From positions 54,860 to 118,859 of the forward strand of contig CAMDDO010000001.1 in the NCBI GenBank assembly GCA_945892755.1: a DNA stretch of 64,000 nucleotides, in the 5' to 3' direction. Positions 61,351-64,000 of this stretch are shown piece by piece. The translations under genes were made by a program, and so were the position numbers. The stretch's first letter is position 1, and every line of letters begins with the position of its first letter. A model generated the notes under the pieces. That model had not been told where the DNA came from and ran no database searches. It saw only the letters and a program-made list of their open reading frames with translations. Source of the stretch: Rhizobium sp. Q54. GTDB lineage: Bacteria > Pseudomonadota > Alphaproteobacteria > UBA828.

Positions 61351-61743
61351 TTAGGCCGCCTTCACCACCTGTTTCCAATAGGTGTCCTTCTTGGTGATCT
61401 TGCCGCCTTTCAGCTCCCAAATGTCGACGCCGAGCCAATTGATGCGCGGGCCGGATTTCGGCGTGCCGGTTACCGTCCACTCTGAGCAAACGAGGTTGCC
61501 GCTCGCGAAGTGACGGATGACGGCCCAGTTCATATCGGGAATGTCGCGAAAGCGCTGTGTGAGCAACGCGCGAATCTCCGCCTTGCCGTTGAGCTTGCGC
61601 CCGTCCGGGTTGGGTCCGAGCGCCAGCAGCCAGACCGAGGCATCGGCGAAATCCGACAAAATGCCCTCGATATCGTGGCGGTTGAACGCGTCGCAGCAGC
61701 GCTCGATCACCGCCAGAGCGTTTGCTTCGTCAGTCTTTCCCAT
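61351..61743 (-). CDS. SnoaL/NTF2-like protein
   Basis: DAFNRHD, GKAEIR, IPD, SEWTVTG, GVD, KDTYWK. Confidence 0.85.
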   Translation of the reverse strand: MGKTDEANALAVIERCCDAFNRHDIEGILSDFADASVWLLALGPNPDGRKLNGKAEIRALLTQRFRDIPDMNWAVIRHFASGNLVCSEWTVTGTPKSGPRINWLGVDIWELKGGKITKKDTYWKQVVKAA

Positions 61744-61834
61744 CGCCATCACCCCAAGCCTCTTTGATTTGCCATCGGCGCCAATGCCAAACTAGGATGA
61801 CCGGCAAGCGGTCGTCAACGCGCGGGGGGCTCCC

Positions 61835-63241
61835 ATGGCTGGCACTCTGATCACGGGCGGCACGATCATCGATTGCACCGGCGGGAAGCCGAAGAAGAAC
61901 ACCGCGCTGTTCGTCGAGAACGGGCGTATCGCGAAGCTCGGCACGGCCGAGGCGGTCAAGGCCTTCGCCGCCAAGCGCGGCCCGCATAAGACGATCGACG
62001 CGAGCGGCATGACCGTGATGCCCGGCTTGGTCGATGCGCATTGTCATATTTCGTACGGCGACATTCTCTCGGTCGAGGAGCTTGATCTTTATGCCGGCGT
62101 CGAGTTTCGCGCCATTCGTGCCGCGCATAACGCCAAGAAGGTCTTGCGCGCCGGCGTCACCGCGATTTGCGATCCGGGCTCGACCTGGAATATTTCAGTC
62201 GCGGTCAGGGATGCGATCAATTGCGGCATGATCGAGGGCCCGCGCATGGCGTCCGCGGGCCGCTATATCACTACCTTCAACGCGATCGGCTCGTTCTGGC
62301 CGACCTGGATGGAGCACCCGCAATCATCCTTCGCGGTCCTGTGCAATTCGCGGGATGAGATGATCACCGAGGTCAGGCGCGAGGTGAAGGAGGGCGTCGA
62401 TATCGTCAAGGTGGCGGGCGATGGCGATGCGGTGCAAAGCCACGCGCGCGAATCGGAAGGCAGTCTTTCGCCAGACGATCTCCGCGCGATCGCCGATACG
62501 ACCCACCGCCTGGGCCGGCGCTGCACCATCCACGCGCGCACCGGCGTGGTCGCCGCGGCGGCGGCCGAGGCCGGCTTCGATTGGTTGATCCATGCCTCCT
62601 ATCTGAACGATCAGCAGCTCGGCGTGATTTTGCGTAAGCGCACGCCGATCAACCCGACGCTCTCCCTCCTCGCCAACGCGGTCGATTGGGCGCCCGAGCT
62701 TGGCGCGCCGGCCGGTTTGATCGAGGCCTATAAGCGCGAGCTCGAGGCGGCCAGTCGCGGCCTCTCCAAGGCTTACAAAGAAGGCGTCATGATCATGGCC
62801 GGCACCGATAGCGGCCAAGGTGCCGTGCCTTATGGCGAGTGGCATGCGCGCGAGCTCGAGCATTTGATGAATTATCTGGGCCTAAGCGCGATGGACGCGC
62901 TCAAGGCCGGCACCATCCATGCCGCGGTCGCGACCGGGATGCAGAACGAGATCGGCACGCTCGAGGAAGGCAAATATGCCGATATTCTCGTGGTCGACGG
63001 CGATCCTCTCGCCGACATCCAAGTGTTGCAGGACAAGGCACGGCTCAAGGTGATCATGAAGGGCGGCGTGGTGATCGATACCGAAACGCCGCTGCCCGAG
63101 CGCTCGATCTATGCCTGGGAAAAGCCCATGCTCTATTGGAACGACCCGCGCCTCCCCGGCCAGGACTATGTGCGCCAGCACGCCGCCAACAAGCCGGATT
63201 GGATGAAGAAGAAGGCGTCCTCCCGCCGCGCGGCGGAGTAG
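61835..63241 (+). CDS. Metal-dependent amidohydrolase (paralog of 33971..35332)
   Basis: PGLVDAHCH, GVDIVK, IHAR, IHAS, GTDSG, PYGEWHARELE; ends RRAAE. Confidence 0.88.
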   Translation: MAGTLITGGTIIDCTGGKPKKNTALFVENGRIAKLGTAEAVKAFAAKRGPHKTIDASGMTVMPGLVDAHCHISYGDILSVEELDLYAGVEFRAIRAAHNAKKVLRAGVTAICDPGSTWNISVAVRDAINCGMIEGPRMASAGRYITTFNAIGSFWPTWMEHPQSSFAVLCNSRDEMITEVRREVKEGVDIVKVAGDGDAVQSHARESEGSLSPDDLRAIADTTHRLGRRCTIHARTGVVAAAAAEAGFDWLIHASYLNDQQLGVILRKRTPINPTLSLLANAVDWAPELGAPAGLIEAYKRELEAASRGLSKAYKEGVMIMAGTDSGQGAVPYGEWHARELEHLMNYLGLSAMDALKAGTIHAAVATGMQNEIGTLEEGKYADILVVDGDPLADIQVLQDKARLKVIMKGGVVIDTETPLPERSIYAWEKPMLYWNDPRLPGQDYVRQHAANKPDWMKKKASSRRAAE

Positions 63242-63245
63242 AGGC

Positions 63246-64000
63246 TCAGGCCGGCCCGGCAGCCAACGGCCGCGGCAGCGCCAGCGTGGCGAGCAGGCCG
63301 ACCACGCCGACGATCGCGGCAATCAGAATCGCCAGCTCATAATTCCCGTTCAAATCATGCAGCGCGCCGGCGATATAGGGCGCGGCGAGGCCGGCCACGC
63401 CATAGGCCGTGCAGACCCGGCCCAGAATGGCCGGCACCCGCGCCAGGCCGTAATGGCTTGCGATGGTGACCGGATAGCACGACGTACCGGCGCCGAAGCC
63501 GACGCCCAGAACCGCCAGCACAAGAAGACTGACGCTCGCGCTCGGTACGGCGTAAAGCAGAAACAAGGGTGCCGCGGTCAGCACCGCCATGCCGATCATC
63601 ACGCGCCGGCCGCCGAACATTTCGCTCAAATAACCGGCCGAAAGCGCGCCCACGATATAGCCGAGATTGACCAGCATGGCGCCGAGATAGGTTTGGTCCT
63701 CGGGCACGCCGTAATCAACCGCGATACCGGCGGCGTGGCTGATCGCGATCAGCCCGCCCATGCCGAGAAACACGAAGTTCAGCCACATCACAATCACGAC
63801 GCGGGGCCGCTCGGTAAGGAAATTCTCGAATGGTCCCTCGCCTCTCTCCACGTCATGCGGCATCGCCGCGCCGGAGAGCGTGAGCAGCGTGGCGCTGATC
63901 AGACCCGTGGCAAGGAGCACGGCGGCGATCACGGTCAGTGCGCCATGTGGCCCGAGCTCAGCCAGAAGCGGCGTCACGATGCCGGGCCAGACCAGACCGC
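63246..64000 (-). CDS. MFS transporter, 5' part outside the window
   Basis: Multiple TM helices, GYLSEMFGGRR motif-A-like, AGALHDLNGNY; frame stays open to the window edge. Confidence 0.8.
   Translation of the reverse strand, partial: GLVWPGIVTPLLAELGPHGALTVIAAVLLATGLISATLLTLSGAAMPHDVERGEGPFENFLTERPRVVIVMWLNFVFLGMGGLIAISHAAGIAVDYGVPEDQTYLGAMLVNLGYIVGALSAGYLSEMFGGRRVMIGMAVLTAAPLFLLYAVPSASVSLLVLAVLGVGFGAGTSCYPVTIASHYGLARVPAILGRVCTAYGVAGLAAPYIAGALHDLNGNYELAILIAAIVGVVGLLATLALPRPLAAGPA

Noticed and set aside
31788-64000. Active prophage or integrative element at tRNA-Ala
   Set aside because: No integrase, transposase, phage gene or att repeat was seen in the window.

Overview
GC-rich alphaproteobacterial chromosome segment; gene order suggests a Rhodospirillales-like organism (inference). 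Bases 1-31.8 kb are mostly core genes. On the + strand: hprK-rapZ-EIIA-HPr-EI, ahcY, a DivL-type kinase with Tyr in the H-box, and tsaE-amgK-murU-addB-addA-trxA. Converging on the - strand: aroA-cmk-rpsA-sppA-ihfB-lapA-pyrF-trpF-trpB-trpA-accD-folC, with two catabolic genes appended after folC. After tRNA-Ala(GGC) at 31712-31787 lies a ~32 kb catabolic region. It holds a Tat-signal intradiol dioxygenase, a hydrolase/Rid/amidohydrolase operon, a TorT-like ABC importer, an N,N-dimethylformamidase (DMFase)-like operon with a second small-subunit paralog and an MHPCO-like flavin oxygenase, a variant N-methylglutamate (NMG) methylamine pathway with a FadR-family regulator, and a non-CODH Mo-hydroxylase cluster (M-S-L-D-E). 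Main findings: (1) an inferred route from N-methylamides or N-methyl-heterocycles into the NMG pathway; (2) an R-x-A-A-E-stop tail on all four amidohydrolases; (3) a pyrF whose DxKxxDIPxT motif is degenerate; (4) paired REP-like palindromes, one pair enclosing a different hairpin. No CRISPR array, integrase or transposase was seen. Start codons were trimmed from the ORF track by eye, and family calls come from motif recognition, not database searches.
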